From: an uncultured Pseudomonadales bacterium
GTDB lineage: Bacteria > Patescibacteriota > Microgenomatia > UBA1400 > Chazhemtobacteraceae
Reading direction: 5' to 3'
Length of the DNA: 64,000 bases
NCBI GenBank assembly: GCA_964618725.1
Contig: CAZUBK010000001.1
Location: forward strand, 68,878 to 132,877
The position numbers and the translations under genes were made by a program. Shown piece after piece: positions 17,912 to 27,810 of this stretch. A model generated the notes under the pieces. It searched no databases and was not told where the DNA came from. It saw only the letters and a program-made list of their open reading frames with translations. The first letter of the stretch is position 1, and each line of letters starts with the position of its first letter.

Positions 17912-18211
17912 TTAAGAGATGCCTAAGTGTTTGTGAATCTTACAACTGACATGCTCAAGATACCAATTGAGGACGACGACCGTCTTTAGATCGAGAGCTG
18001 CTGCGATTTTGGGAATAAGATTTTTACTTGGAAGACGTTTGCCACTTTCGATTAGGGTGATAAAACTACGAGAAGTCTGACAAGAAATGGCGACTTCTTC
18101 GGCGGTTAGGCCCTGTTTTTTTCGTTCGTGTTTTAGTTGTTCTCCAAATGATTTATGCATAGCAATAGGGCTTAATAGTATAGGCAAATAAATTTTAAAG
18201 CAACTGTTCAT
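17912..18211 (-). CDS. XRE-family helix-turn-helix transcriptional regulator
   Basis: HTH QGLTAEEVAISCQTSRSFITLIESGKRLPS. The likely true start is the internal Met at ~18160 (82 aa). Confidence 0.65.
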   Translation of the reverse strand: MNSCFKIYLPILLSPIAMHKSFGEQLKHERKKQGLTAEEVAISCQTSRSFITLIESGKRLPSKNLIPKIAAALDLKTVVVLNWYLEHVSCKIHKHLGIS

Positions 18212-18261
18212 ATAGCTGTACCTATTGACAGGTCTTTTAATTCTGATTAACTTGAGAGTAG

Positions 18262-18277
18262 GTTACAGTTCTGTAAC
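18262..18277. promoter_or_regulatory. Palindromic operator-like site GTTACAGTTCTGTAAC
   Basis: Perfect 6-bp inverted repeat GTTACA/TGTAAC in the divergent region between the XRE regulator and the histidine kinase operon. A near-identical site lies at 20526..20543. Confidence 0.5.
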
Positions 18278-18395
18278 TGAGTCTAGCATCTATCTACTTT
18301 ATTAAAAGACTCACAATAAGTAAACAGATTAATTCAGCTTTATGTGGAGAGGATTGAGCGAAGGGACTTAATTAAGAAACTTTAGAAAAAAATCG

Positions 18396-20132
18396 ATGAA
18401 ACTTGCCCCGGTTCCCAAAAATGAGGTTCAACGCTTAACCTCGCTATACAGCCTTGGTCTATTAGATACTCCACCGGAAGAGCGGTTTGATCTAATCACT
18501 AGAACAACTAATAGGATCTTTCATACTCCGATTTCAACCTTGACACTGGTGGATGCGAAACGGGAGTGGTTTAAGTCTTTACAAGGCTTAGCCACTCGTG
18601 AGGGAGATAGGGCAGTGTCTTTTTGCGGCCATTCTCTTTTAGCACCCGATATCTTTGTTGTTCCTGATACAAAGAAGGACGATCGATTTGCTGACAATCC
18701 TTGGGTCACCGGGAAACCCTATGTGCGATTCTATGCGGGAGTGCCGGTTTTGAGTCCCGATAAAGAAAGGATCGGGGTTTTGTGTATTAAGGATACTCGT
18801 CCACGACAGTTCTCAAAAGGCGATCAAGGAATCCTGAAAGGATTGGCTTCTTGGGCTGAATTGGAAATCCATTCTCGTAACTTGAGTTTAGCCCTTCGAG
18901 ATAGTCTGAAAAAAATAACGGGGCGGAGAGGTCAGACAAAGGAGTTCGATCGATTGAGTAAGTTAGAAAAAGAATCAAAAAAGGCATTGGTCAGGGTGAT
19001 GAGAGATATGGAAGTGATTCTTAATGAGGTTGAACAAGATAAAGCCAAAGATGAAGCAGTGATAACAAATATTAGTGAAGGGCTAATCGCTATCGACGAT
19101 CATGGAAAAGTAATGATTGTCAGCAAAGTAGCTGAAGACCTATTGGGGTGGAAACATAACGAGATGATTGGGAAAAAGTTCACCGGACTGAACCTCGAAG
19201 ATGAAGAGAGAAATTTCTTACCACCAGATAGGCGGCCTATTTCGCTAGCTATGACGACTGGTGAAATAATCAGAGGTACATATTTCTTTGTCGGAAAAGA
19301 CAAAACTAGATTTCCAATGGCCTTGACTACAACTCCGATTAGACTCAAGGGAGAAGTTGTAGGATTTATCGTGATGATTCGTGATATATCGAAAGAGACT
19401 GAAGTAATTAATGCCAAGAGTGAGTTTGTATCGTTGGCCTCGCATCAACTGCGAACACCGCTTGGATTAATCAAGTGGTATTTAGAAGCTATGAAACATG
19501 AGGCTTGCTTTGGTCAAGCACCTATGATAACACGAAGATACATAAATGAGGTTTATAAGAATAATGAGCGGGTATTGAGTCTGGTGCGAGATTTATTATC
19601 TGTTTCTCGGATTGATCAAGGGCGCATTAAGAATCAGCCAAAACCGGTAGATGTAACGGTCGTGGTAGGGGATGTGGTAAAACAATTACAGGTATTGACC
19701 CGCAAGAAAAAGGTGGCTTTGAGGTTGGTGATTTTGAGTTCTAAGATTCCGAAAATCAAAATAGATATTTTGCGACTTCGTGAAACGATAGAAAACCTAA
19801 TAGTAAATGCCATTGAGTATTCTAAAGCTCTAAAGTCTGTCACCGTCAGCGTTAAAAGACGGGGCGGTGCAATCTTAATCAGCGTCCGGGATGCGGGAAT
19901 AGGAATTACGAAGGAAGACCAAAAGAAGATCTTTAACAAGTTCTTTAGGTCGGAAAAGGCAGTTCAATTTAATCCTGAGGGGACGGGACTTGGATTGTAT
20001 GTGGTCAAGTCTTACGTAGAAGGGTGGGGAGGTAAAGTATCGGTTGCCAGTACTGAAGGGAAGGGGTCAATTTTCACAATCAGTTTACCGATTAAGAAAA
20101 GGAAGAGACAAAAAGGAGGTGAAGTGAAGTGA
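18396..20132 (+). CDS. GAF/PAS sensor histidine kinase
   Basis: N-terminal GAF-like region, PAS-like ISEGLIAIDDHGKVMIVSKVAEDLLGW, HisKA H-box EFVSLASHQLRTPL, and HATPase N/G boxes NLIVNAIEYS...GTGLGLYVV. Confidence 0.8.
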   Translation: MKLAPVPKNEVQRLTSLYSLGLLDTPPEERFDLITRTTNRIFHTPISTLTLVDAKREWFKSLQGLATREGDRAVSFCGHSLLAPDIFVVPDTKKDDRFADNPWVTGKPYVRFYAGVPVLSPDKERIGVLCIKDTRPRQFSKGDQGILKGLASWAELEIHSRNLSLALRDSLKKITGRRGQTKEFDRLSKLEKESKKALVRVMRDMEVILNEVEQDKAKDEAVITNISEGLIAIDDHGKVMIVSKVAEDLLGWKHNEMIGKKFTGLNLEDEERNFLPPDRRPISLAMTTGEIIRGTYFFVGKDKTRFPMALTTTPIRLKGEVVGFIVMIRDISKETEVINAKSEFVSLASHQLRTPLGLIKWYLEAMKHEACFGQAPMITRRYINEVYKNNERVLSLVRDLLSVSRIDQGRIKNQPKPVDVTVVVGDVVKQLQVLTRKKKVALRLVILSSKIPKIKIDILRLRETIENLIVNAIEYSKALKSVTVSVKRRGGAILISVRDAGIGITKEDQKKIFNKFFRSEKAVQFNPEGTGLGLYVVKSYVEGWGGKVSVASTEGKGSIFTISLPIKKRKRQKGGEVK

Positions 20133-20500
20133 AGAAAATACTAATTGTAGAAGACGAACTAGCGTACTTAAAATTACTTAATTCTCAATTGACAGGGAAG
20201 GGATATAGAGTAATCGAGGCAACTGACGGGGAAAAGGGACTAGCTAAAGCCAGAAGCGAGAAACCCGATTTGATTTTGCTTGATATCAGAATGCCGGTTA
20301 TGGATGGGCTGGCGATGCTAGATCGGCTAAGAAAAGAGGAATGGGGTAAGAAAGTTAAGGTAATAATTCTCACCAATCTTGAACCTGATGACAAGATAAT
20401 CGGGAAAGTCGTCAAGGACAGACCGTTGTACTATTTTGTGAAAAGCGATATTCAGCTTGAGACGTTGTTGAAGAAAGTCAAGGAATTGCTTGCAGACTAA
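20129..20500 (+). CDS. Stand-alone response regulator receiver domain (CheY-like)
   Basis: GTG start overlaps the kinase stop after RBS aaggaggtg. KILIVEDE...DLILLDIRMPVMDG...K. No output domain. Confidence 0.8.
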   Translation: MKKILIVEDELAYLKLLNSQLTGKGYRVIEATDGEKGLAKARSEKPDLILLDIRMPVMDGLAMLDRLRKEEWGKKVKVIILTNLEPDDKIIGKVVKDRPLYYFVKSDIQLETLLKKVKELLAD

Positions 20501-20525
20501 TGAAGAAAATCATACACTTAAGATA

Positions 20526-20543
20526 TGTTACAGTTTTGTAACA
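20526..20543. promoter_or_regulatory. Palindromic operator-like site TGTTACAGTTTTGTAACA
   Basis: 8-bp inverted repeat ~12 nt upstream of the giant surface-protein gene; the same half-sites as the palindrome at 18262. Confidence 0.5.
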
Positions 20544-20554
20544 TGTCTTAAAGT

Positions 20555-23500
20555 ATGAAGATCCTATCGCCAGTCCAGACGGCCAAATTGCTTGGGGTTT
20601 CTATTGAAGATTTGCACCTATTGGAGGAGCAAGATTTGCTTCATTCCTCAAAGGATCACAAAGGAAGAATAATATACTCGCCTGAGGAAGTGGCCCAAAT
20701 AAAATCTAGGAAGGTACCCTCCATTTCTGAAGAAGCAGAGTTGGTTAATATCCAAGTTCAGAGGGAGACGGCGTATTCGGTTACAACAACGAAGAAGGTG
20801 CTTTTCTTTGTAGGTGGGGTGGTTTCCTCATACATCCTGTTGATCATTGTGTTTACGGTTCTATTCATTATCAATCCTCTACAAACGGCAGGTTGGCTTG
20901 GTTATGTTAGGGGTAATAGTCTTACCAGCAGCCTATCTCAAGCAGAAACACGAGATATGGTACTCGGGGCGAATACGGATGGAGCTATCTCAAGACCGAC
21001 TAGATTAATGCGAACTTTCTTACAACCGGCGTCGAGGGCGTCACTTGGTATCGTCAAGGCGGTTAGTCCTAATGCATATCAGGAGGTAGCCAAAATCACG
21101 ATTCTTGATCCTAATGATGTTTTTGCGGTGGAGAACGAAGTTATTTCACCTCAGATGACGCTTAGGATCTCGGATAACTCAAAGCTAGAGATAACCGATC
21201 CAGTGCAGATACCGAACCTTAACTCCGAGTATCTTCAAGGTCTACAACCGGGTAGTAATCCGGGTGATATTGCGATTGTGGGAGATACACCAAGCCTCAG
21301 TTTGGTACCGGTTACGAATGTCACTGCAACGGGACTAACTAATGCAAATCTTTCTGGCTCAGCTGGAATAACTAATGCTAACTTAGCCAACTCGTCTATT
21401 ACGATTAATACATCAAGTCCTCTCTCAGGTGGAGGGGCGGTAGCTCTTGGTAGTTCTCTTACTTTGACTTGTCCTACCTGCACGAACGGGTCGTCGCTAT
21501 TTACGGCGGACAGTACAGATACTCTGACCAACAAAACAATTGATGTAACTTTAAATACCATTACTGGCCTGACGGCAAGTAACTTAGCAGCCGGAGATTT
21601 CTCAAGCAAAATTACGAGCGGAACTTATTCTATCGATATTACCGGTAGTATTGCTTCGGCGGTCGACTTTACCGGGTCATTGGCTGGAGACGTCAGTGGA
21701 ACACAAAACCTAACGACTGTGACAAAGATTAACGGTACAACATTGGGGTCGACGACGGCTACTTCGGGTAACCTGCTAATAGGGAGTGGTAGCCAGTGGG
21801 TGACACAGACAGTGAGTAATGATGCCACGATTAACAGTTTGGGGGTGCTGACGCTAAAGAATGTTGGTACCTCAGGGACATACGGATCGGGGTCTTTAGT
21901 CCCTGTTTTTACAACTGACGCAAAAGGAAGGATATCGGGGGTCACAAATACAACCATCTCTGGCTTGAGTCCGACTAATTTTAGCTACGCCAATATTTCT
22001 CAGTGGACAAATGATGCAGGATATGTGACATCTCTTTCAGAAGCGGACACCCTGGCGACAGTGACCGGGCGCGGGGCAACGACGAGCAACGCACTCACAC
22101 TATCAAATGTGGCTAATGCGATTACCGCGGGGACATTGACGATTCAGGCTGAAAACTTCACTGATCTAACGGGAAGTGGCTTGTCTAATACGGCAGGGGT
22201 TTTGGGCGTGAATCTAACGACTTCGGGGACGACGGGGTCAACGACGAGCAATTCTGGTCTAGAAGTATCTACATCAGGACTAACCTTACTTAAGGGATGT
22301 ACTGACGAGGAAATTCTGAAGTACACTGATGCGGGTGGCTGGGCGTGTGCCGCTGATGTTAGTGGGGGTACTCCGGCTCTAAGCACTATTGGAGCGGCGG
22401 TTGGAGCCAACTTAATTAATAGTGGAGATAATGCTCAGATCTGGAATTGGGGTCTGACAACGGCAGCAAAAACGGCCTTTACTTTTGGAGAAAATACTGC
22501 AGCGATTAACGGCGCAGGTTCGCAATATATCCTTAGTTTATCGACTCTCTCGGGCTCGACTGCAGCTCCTTTGATTGTATCGGCCAGGGGGAATGCGATT
22601 ATCACCACCTCAGAGACTGGCGGTTTAACTTTTGGAAACACAACGGCCAATACAGCTATCACCTTACAATCTGGGACAGGAACGATCAATATCGGAACCG
22701 ATGCGAATGCCAAAATACTTACTTTGGGGAATAGTACTGGAGCAACGGCGGTAAATATCGATTCGGGGTCGGGCAATATCAACTTCACGGTTAACGGAAC
22801 GGGGTCCAGTGGGAAGGTTCAAATAGGTAATAGCAATACAATTACTCCTGACTTGTTAGTTTTGGATAACGGGACGGCTGACCCAGCAGGAGTCAATGGA
22901 GGGATGTACTACAACACCAGTACAAATAAGTTTCGTTGTTACCAAAATAGTGGCTGGTCTAACTGTATTACTCCCCCGGGCTCGGATCTTCAAACTACAG
23001 CTACCTACGGGACAAATGATAGTTTGGTGAATGTGGGTGTGACACAAGTGACAATTGCGGCTGTTTCTATCACTCCTGCTTCTGTGACTGGAGATATCTA
23101 CGTTCGAGGAAGAGTGGAGATCTTTAGTAGCAATAATACCGACCAAAGTTTAGTTTTGTCTATTGAAGACGATGCAACGTGTACCGGGAATACGGTTGAG
23201 ACCAATACAATTACAATTACGGCTTCGAATGGAACTCAAATAGGGAACTTTGAGCTTGCTGATGTTGTGGTTGACGCCGGTGCCTCTGCCCACTCGTATT
23301 CATTATGTGCCTCAACGGCTACGGGAGATAGCGATCTTCGACTTTATGAGATGTTTGCTACAGTGATTGATACAGGAGCAGACTTGGCAGAGATATACAC
23401 CACTGACGAGGAAAACATCGAGGTGGGAGATGTGGTTTCGCTTGAGAGTGGCTTGCAAGCGGGGATGAAGAAAAGTCAAACCGCCTATGATCAAAGTGTT

Positions 23501-24307
23501 TTGGGGATTGTTTCGACTAGACCTGGATTAATAATTGGCGATGTCGGCAAAGAAGGAGTGAGGGCTTTGCCAGTAGCCATGTCTGGTCGGGTTCCAGTAA
23601 AGGTATCGACGACGAACGGAAGAATTGATGCGGGTGATTATTTGACGACTTCTGAGATACCAGGGGTAGCAATGAAATCAACAAAGGGGGGAGCAATCAT
23701 CGGTATCGCAATGAATTCTTTCGACGGGGAGGGGATTGGTCGGATTTTGGCTTTTGCTAAGAATGGGTCGTCAACGGAAACTGTTGCCAACGTGGAAAAG
23801 ATTGCCACCAGCTCAGCTAGTCTGATTGAAGGCAATATTCTTAATCGGGTGATTCAAATCATTACTGACTTGTTTAAAAATTCAGTTGAGTTCTTGGGTA
23901 GTGTGGTCTTTCACAGTGATATTACTTTCTTAGGTAGACCAACATTTAACAAGGATACGGCGGGATATGCATTGATAAAGGCAGGAAGTCGTGAGGTTAA
24001 TATCAGTTTTGAAAAAGCATATACCAAGAAGCCGGTGATAACAGTCAGCCTTAGTCTGTCAGAAGGTGTCAAACTAGACGATCTACCGTTGTTTGCGGTG
24101 TATGAGAGTAGTTCGCAGGGCTTTAAGATTAGATTATCGAGAGCAACTATTTCGGATCTTCAGTTCTCCTGGATAGCTATCGAGGCGGCGGGAGAGGTGG
24201 TGTTGTCGACTGAGTCAAGTATGCTTATGGAGATGACAGGGAGTTTAGAGGAGGCAACGGATAGTGATGCAACAGTGGCCAGCCAGAGTGCCGAGATTGG
24301 GCTTTGA
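20555..24307 (+). CDS. Giant (1250 aa) membrane-anchored Thr/Ser/Gly/Asn-rich repetitive surface protein with N-terminal cytoplasmic HTH-like segment
   Basis: N-terminal TAKLLGVSIEDLHLLEEQDLL (MerR/excisionase-like HTH), one TM (VLFFVGGVVSSYILLIIVFTVLFII), then ~1100 aa of low-complexity T/S/G/N repeats (TGLTNANLSGSAGITNANL...) and a conserved C-terminal region (GIVSTRPGLIIGD...GDYLTTSEIPGVAMK). Confidence 0.6.
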   Translation: MKILSPVQTAKLLGVSIEDLHLLEEQDLLHSSKDHKGRIIYSPEEVAQIKSRKVPSISEEAELVNIQVQRETAYSVTTTKKVLFFVGGVVSSYILLIIVFTVLFIINPLQTAGWLGYVRGNSLTSSLSQAETRDMVLGANTDGAISRPTRLMRTFLQPASRASLGIVKAVSPNAYQEVAKITILDPNDVFAVENEVISPQMTLRISDNSKLEITDPVQIPNLNSEYLQGLQPGSNPGDIAIVGDTPSLSLVPVTNVTATGLTNANLSGSAGITNANLANSSITINTSSPLSGGGAVALGSSLTLTCPTCTNGSSLFTADSTDTLTNKTIDVTLNTITGLTASNLAAGDFSSKITSGTYSIDITGSIASAVDFTGSLAGDVSGTQNLTTVTKINGTTLGSTTATSGNLLIGSGSQWVTQTVSNDATINSLGVLTLKNVGTSGTYGSGSLVPVFTTDAKGRISGVTNTTISGLSPTNFSYANISQWTNDAGYVTSLSEADTLATVTGRGATTSNALTLSNVANAITAGTLTIQAENFTDLTGSGLSNTAGVLGVNLTTSGTTGSTTSNSGLEVSTSGLTLLKGCTDEEILKYTDAGGWACAADVSGGTPALSTIGAAVGANLINSGDNAQIWNWGLTTAAKTAFTFGENTAAINGAGSQYILSLSTLSGSTAAPLIVSARGNAIITTSETGGLTFGNTTANTAITLQSGTGTINIGTDANAKILTLGNSTGATAVNIDSGSGNINFTVNGTGSSGKVQIGNSNTITPDLLVLDNGTADPAGVNGGMYYNTSTNKFRCYQNSGWSNCITPPGSDLQTTATYGTNDSLVNVGVTQVTIAAVSITPASVTGDIYVRGRVEIFSSNNTDQSLVLSIEDDATCTGNTVETNTITITASNGTQIGNFELADVVVDAGASAHSYSLCASTATGDSDLRLYEMFATVIDTGADLAEIYTTDEENIEVGDVVSLESGLQAGMKKSQTAYDQSVLGIVSTRPGLIIGDVGKEGVRALPVAMSGRVPVKVSTTNGRIDAGDYLTTSEIPGVAMKSTKGGAIIGIAMNSFDGEGIGRILAFAKNGSSTETVANVEKIATSSASLIEGNILNRVIQIITDLFKNSVEFLGSVVFHSDITFLGRPTFNKDTAGYALIKAGSREVNISFEKAYTKKPVITVSLSLSEGVKLDDLPLFAVYESSSQGFKIRLSRATISDLQFSWIAIEAAGEVVLSTESSMLMEMTGSLEEATDSDATVASQSAEIGL

Positions 24308-24331
24308 GATTAGTAATTTGAAGAAAAATAT

Positions 24332-24736
24332 ATGAAAAAGTTACTCAATGGTAAAGTCCTGGTTTTGCTATTAGTATTGTTACTGTTGACCAGTTCTGTG
24401 GCTAGTGCGGTGTATTTCTATCAGAAATATCAGAAGATCAAGAAGAATCCGGAAACGATATCACAAGAAGAAACAGAATCAGTTACGAAGGCGATTGGTC
24501 GTTTTATGGAGTTACCTGCTGACGAAAAACCAACGTTGGCAACAGTGACAGACCAAGAGAAGCTGAAAGAGCAGGACTTTTTCAAGAAGGCGGTTAATGG
24601 AGATAAGGTCCTCATCTATACAAATGCACACAAGGCAATCTTGTATAGACCGTCTACCAACCGGATCATCGAGTTCGCCCCCTTGACGTTTGGTGGGCAG
24701 GAGCAATCCTCTCCGAGTGCGACCCAGGCAGACTAA
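24332..24736 (+). CDS. Small secreted/membrane-anchored hypothetical protein
   Basis: 134 aa. N-terminal Leu-rich signal/anchor KVLVLLLVLLLLTSSVASA. Confidence 0.4.
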   Translation: MKKLLNGKVLVLLLVLLLLTSSVASAVYFYQKYQKIKKNPETISQEETESVTKAIGRFMELPADEKPTLATVTDQEKLKEQDFFKKAVNGDKVLIYTNAHKAILYRPSTNRIIEFAPLTFGGQEQSSPSATQAD

Positions 24737-24814
24737 ATCACATGGGCCTCCCTTGACTTTTATAGTCGTTGTTGGTATTATGGGATTACTTTAACCTCAT
24801 TGAAGGAGTGTGGA

Positions 24815-25036
24815 ATGATTAATCAGGAAAGGTATGACGAATTGGCCGCCACTCTCTCCGCGGAAGACCAGCTGGTCTTTGAAGAGCTGGTGACGTCTCT
24901 GGAGAAGGCAATTGAAGGCGGTGAAACCGATATCGAGGGTGTACTGGAGAAAAAGGGAATTCCGGTCGGTAGCCCGGTCGCAATCGCCTTTTACCACTAT
25001 GCCCTGGACTTGATTTTGGGCAGCCTGCGGTTGTAA
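24815..25036 (+). CDS. Small acidic hypothetical protein
   Basis: RBS aaggag at ~24803. A sigma70-like promoter ttgact-17-tattat sits at ~24756..24785. Track ORF trimmed to Met 24815. Confidence 0.35.
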   Translation: MINQERYDELAATLSAEDQLVFEELVTSLEKAIEGGETDIEGVLEKKGIPVGSPVAIAFYHYALDLILGSLRL

Positions 25037-25079
25037 ATTCGTTGGCAGATATGGTCCGCTGGAAATCAGCGGACTTGTT

Positions 25080-26678
25080 TTATTTCTTTTGGAAGATGTA
25101 GACAGTGGGATGGTCATAGACCTGGAAAGTTTCTTCGGAAGAGTCATCGTTGATGACTAAATTGCCAAAGCGTGGGTATGAAGAAAAAGTTTTAACAAGT
25201 TTGTAGTTTAGTTTTCCAGCAAATAGTTCTGAATAGAAGACGGACATAAGAGGATATTTTTGTGGGTTATTAAGAATTGAGCCGTAAACACGACGGCTAC
25301 TGATGATGTAAAAGTCGCCTTGATCGAGCTGGTTGGTTAGTTCAGTGAACTTTTCTTTAGTATCTTGGTCATAGCTTTTGACTTCGAGGAAATTGAAATT
25401 ATTAACATAACCAGGAAGACTACTAGGAAGTTGGTCATCCCAGTGTTCGTGAAGAATGGTGCTTGTACCCGGAAGGTTTTGATAGATCCATTGAGAAGCA
25501 ACGATACGAGTGTGGGGGGAGGAGAAGACGGAGAAATAGGCAAGAGACCAAAGGAAGGAAATAGAAAGGGTGAGAAAGATGAGAAATCGACCGAGATAGC
25601 GTAAGCGGGCAGAGATCTTTAGAAGTAACCAAGAGGCAGAGAGAATAAGGGCGGGCAGAAGGGGAAGAAGGTAACGGATAAACTTGGTATGCCATTGGCC
25701 GATATATGCAAAGTAGGCGAGGGAGAAAAGCAGCAGGGGTAGAGAGTGAATCTTCTTGTATTTGAGGTCATGAATAAGCCAGAAGATGATACCGAGTAGT
25801 CCAAAGATGGCGACAGGGGGGCCGACTTGCCAAGGAAGATTCTTAAGAAAATAGAGATAGGGTGGAGTGACAGTAAACTGAAGATTGTAGGGGACACTAA
25901 GTTCACCGATAACAACGCCTTTTTCATAAGCCATTGATTCAAGGAATTTATTTGAGCTTAGAAAAGAGTATGGACTGACGACAAAGAAGGTGAGAAAAGT
26001 GAGGAGTGCAAAATATACACCAACAAAAATAGAGTGGAAGAAGTTTCTTTGAGAAGTGGTAGTCAACCAAGTGAAGAGGGGAAGGACTAGAAACGAGACG
26101 GCCGAGGTCTTGGTACCTATGGCCAGACCACAGATGAGGGCGAGCTTGGCAAAGGAGAGAGTGGATGATTTTTTGAGTGTTTGGATACAGAGACTACTAA
26201 TAATGAGTAACCAGAAAACAAGGAGACTTTCGGTCACTCCATAATGGGCATATTGGATGAAGCCAGGAGAGGCTGTAGCCAGAGCGGCAGCCAGGAGCCC
26301 AAGAGAGGGACCAACAAGCAGATTGCCGAGAAGAAAGAAAAGGGGAATGGAAGCGGTAGAGAAGGAGGCAGAGAGAAAGCGACCAAGGAGATTGATATGA
26401 CCCCAATCAGTTAGCCAAGAAGAGTTATTGGTTAGTGAAGCAGTAATTTCAGCAACGAGCCGAAGAAGATAGATGAAGAAACCGTTATAGGCATGGAAGC
26501 CAGGGTCAAGACTCCAGGGGAACTCGAGTTGAGTGACGGCAGCGGCAATGTTTCGCTCATCGGGGTGGTAACTTAAGCTTTGATCCCAGTTGAGACTACT
26601 AAAGCGTAGAAAGCCAGCGAAAATGATTAAAATAAGAAGGAAAGACTTGATAGGGAAGAACTTAGATTTAGGGGTCAC
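25080..26678 (-). CDS. GT-C fold glycosyltransferase-like integral membrane protein (family 39/83-like)
   Basis: 532 aa, more than 10 TM helices, early loop motif SYHPDER typical of ArnT/PMT-like GT-C enzymes, C-terminal soluble domain. Confidence 0.45.
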   Translation of the reverse strand: MTPKSKFFPIKSFLLILIIFAGFLRFSSLNWDQSLSYHPDERNIAAAVTQLEFPWSLDPGFHAYNGFFIYLLRLVAEITASLTNNSSWLTDWGHINLLGRFLSASFSTASIPLFFLLGNLLVGPSLGLLAAALATASPGFIQYAHYGVTESLLVFWLLIISSLCIQTLKKSSTLSFAKLALICGLAIGTKTSAVSFLVLPLFTWLTTTSQRNFFHSIFVGVYFALLTFLTFFVVSPYSFLSSNKFLESMAYEKGVVIGELSVPYNLQFTVTPPYLYFLKNLPWQVGPPVAIFGLLGIIFWLIHDLKYKKIHSLPLLLFSLAYFAYIGQWHTKFIRYLLPLLPALILSASWLLLKISARLRYLGRFLIFLTLSISFLWSLAYFSVFSSPHTRIVASQWIYQNLPGTSTILHEHWDDQLPSSLPGYVNNFNFLEVKSYDQDTKEKFTELTNQLDQGDFYIISSRRVYGSILNNPQKYPLMSVFYSELFAGKLNYKLVKTFSSYPRFGNLVINDDSSEETFQVYDHPTVYIFQKK

Positions 26679-26687
26679 AAAGATATT

Positions 26688-27809
26688 CTATACAATGGGC
26701 CCTTGCGTTTCGCCGTCTTCTAGCTCAAGTAAATCAATACCTTTGATCTCTGGGAAGCTTTGACCAACGATTCCCTTGATCTCGCCGACCATTCCGGCAG
26801 TATTACTGATAAGGCGTTGGACTTGGGCCTCACGGCTTTTCCAGATTTTTTCGAAGGCGACGCGTTCCTTGACGATCTGAAGGTGCATCTCCTGATAGAC
26901 TTCGGCGATTGCTTCAACTTGGTGACGGAACTGAGGACTGGCGATGAAGGAGTAGAGAGTATCGGCTTTTTCGCCTCGATTTTGGGCAATGAAACGTTCC
27001 TTGGCGGTGTCGATGAGAGTTTTGCGAAGAAGCTCTGCAACCGGCACAACTAGATCGGGTTGGCAGACCCAGATGCCATCATGAGGTCCCGTCTTGGTGG
27101 TCAGCTCTTTGGGTAAGATGACGCTGACGATGACGGCGAGATCGGCTTTTTCGCCTCTTAAATCTTCTTTTAACTTGGTTGACCAATCGGACTGCCAGGC
27201 TTTAGTACGCTTGCTTTCCCAGAGAATGGTGCCACAGACATTGCCGCGTGGTGTTTTGACGATTTGACGAAGATCAGCGCCTTTAACACCTTTGCCAACG
27301 GGGCTGATGGTGTCACTGGGGAAGCTACTTATGAGAGTTTCTTCCAGATCGAGTTCTAGGACCTCACCTTGGAGCTGCTGGGAACCCTGTTCGAGCTTTC
27401 GTTTGAGCTCTTCATTAACTCTAAGAATGTCGCTGAATCGCTTTTCGTTCTCTAGATCTTTGAAACGATGTTCTTCTTTGGCGCGCTTGATAGCCTCATC
27501 TTCAATAAGGCGGGATTTCTCATCGATGGCCCGAGAAAGCCTAAGATCAAACTCCTTTTGAGCCTGCTCTAGTTCTTGGCGCTTTTTCCGGAGTTGTATT
27601 TCGTTTTTTTGAGATTCAGTTAGCTTTTCTTCTGTTTTCTTGAGTTGTTCCAGGAGTAGGTTTAGTTCGCCTTCATTTTGTTTCTTGAGCGAGTCTTTGA
27701 TTTCTTGCTCTAGCTTGACGAATTCTTTCTCGCGAATCTGGTGGCTTATTATCTCGTCAACAGAGACCGGTTTACCACAGTGGGGACAATTGACTTGATT
27801 TGTAGACAT
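26688..27809 (-). CDS. DUF2130-like protein: N-terminal C4 zinc ribbon, long coiled coil, C-terminal PD-(D/E)xK-like nuclease motif
   Basis: Start taken at MSTNQVNCPHCGKPV (1 nt after the upstream gene's stop). KEK-rich heptad region. C-terminal GADLRQIV...GTILWESKRTK matches the D...ExK pattern. Confidence 0.5.
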   Translation of the reverse strand: MSTNQVNCPHCGKPVSVDEIISHQIREKEFVKLEQEIKDSLKKQNEGELNLLLEQLKKTEEKLTESQKNEIQLRKKRQELEQAQKEFDLRLSRAIDEKSRLIEDEAIKRAKEEHRFKDLENEKRFSDILRVNEELKRKLEQGSQQLQGEVLELDLEETLISSFPSDTISPVGKGVKGADLRQIVKTPRGNVCGTILWESKRTKAWQSDWSTKLKEDLRGEKADLAVIVSVILPKELTTKTGPHDGIWVCQPDLVVPVAELLRKTLIDTAKERFIAQNRGEKADTLYSFIASPQFRHQVEAIAEVYQEMHLQIVKERVAFEKIWKSREAQVQRLISNTAGMVGEIKGIVGQSFPEIKGIDLLELEDGETQGPIV

Positions 27810-27810
27810 A

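Noticed and set aside
21235-23835. Multiple 60-124-aa minus-strand ORFs inside the giant surface-protein gene
   Set aside because: They are antisense ORFs generated by the biased (ACN/GGN-rich) repeat codons of the sense gene. None has an RBS or conservation signal.
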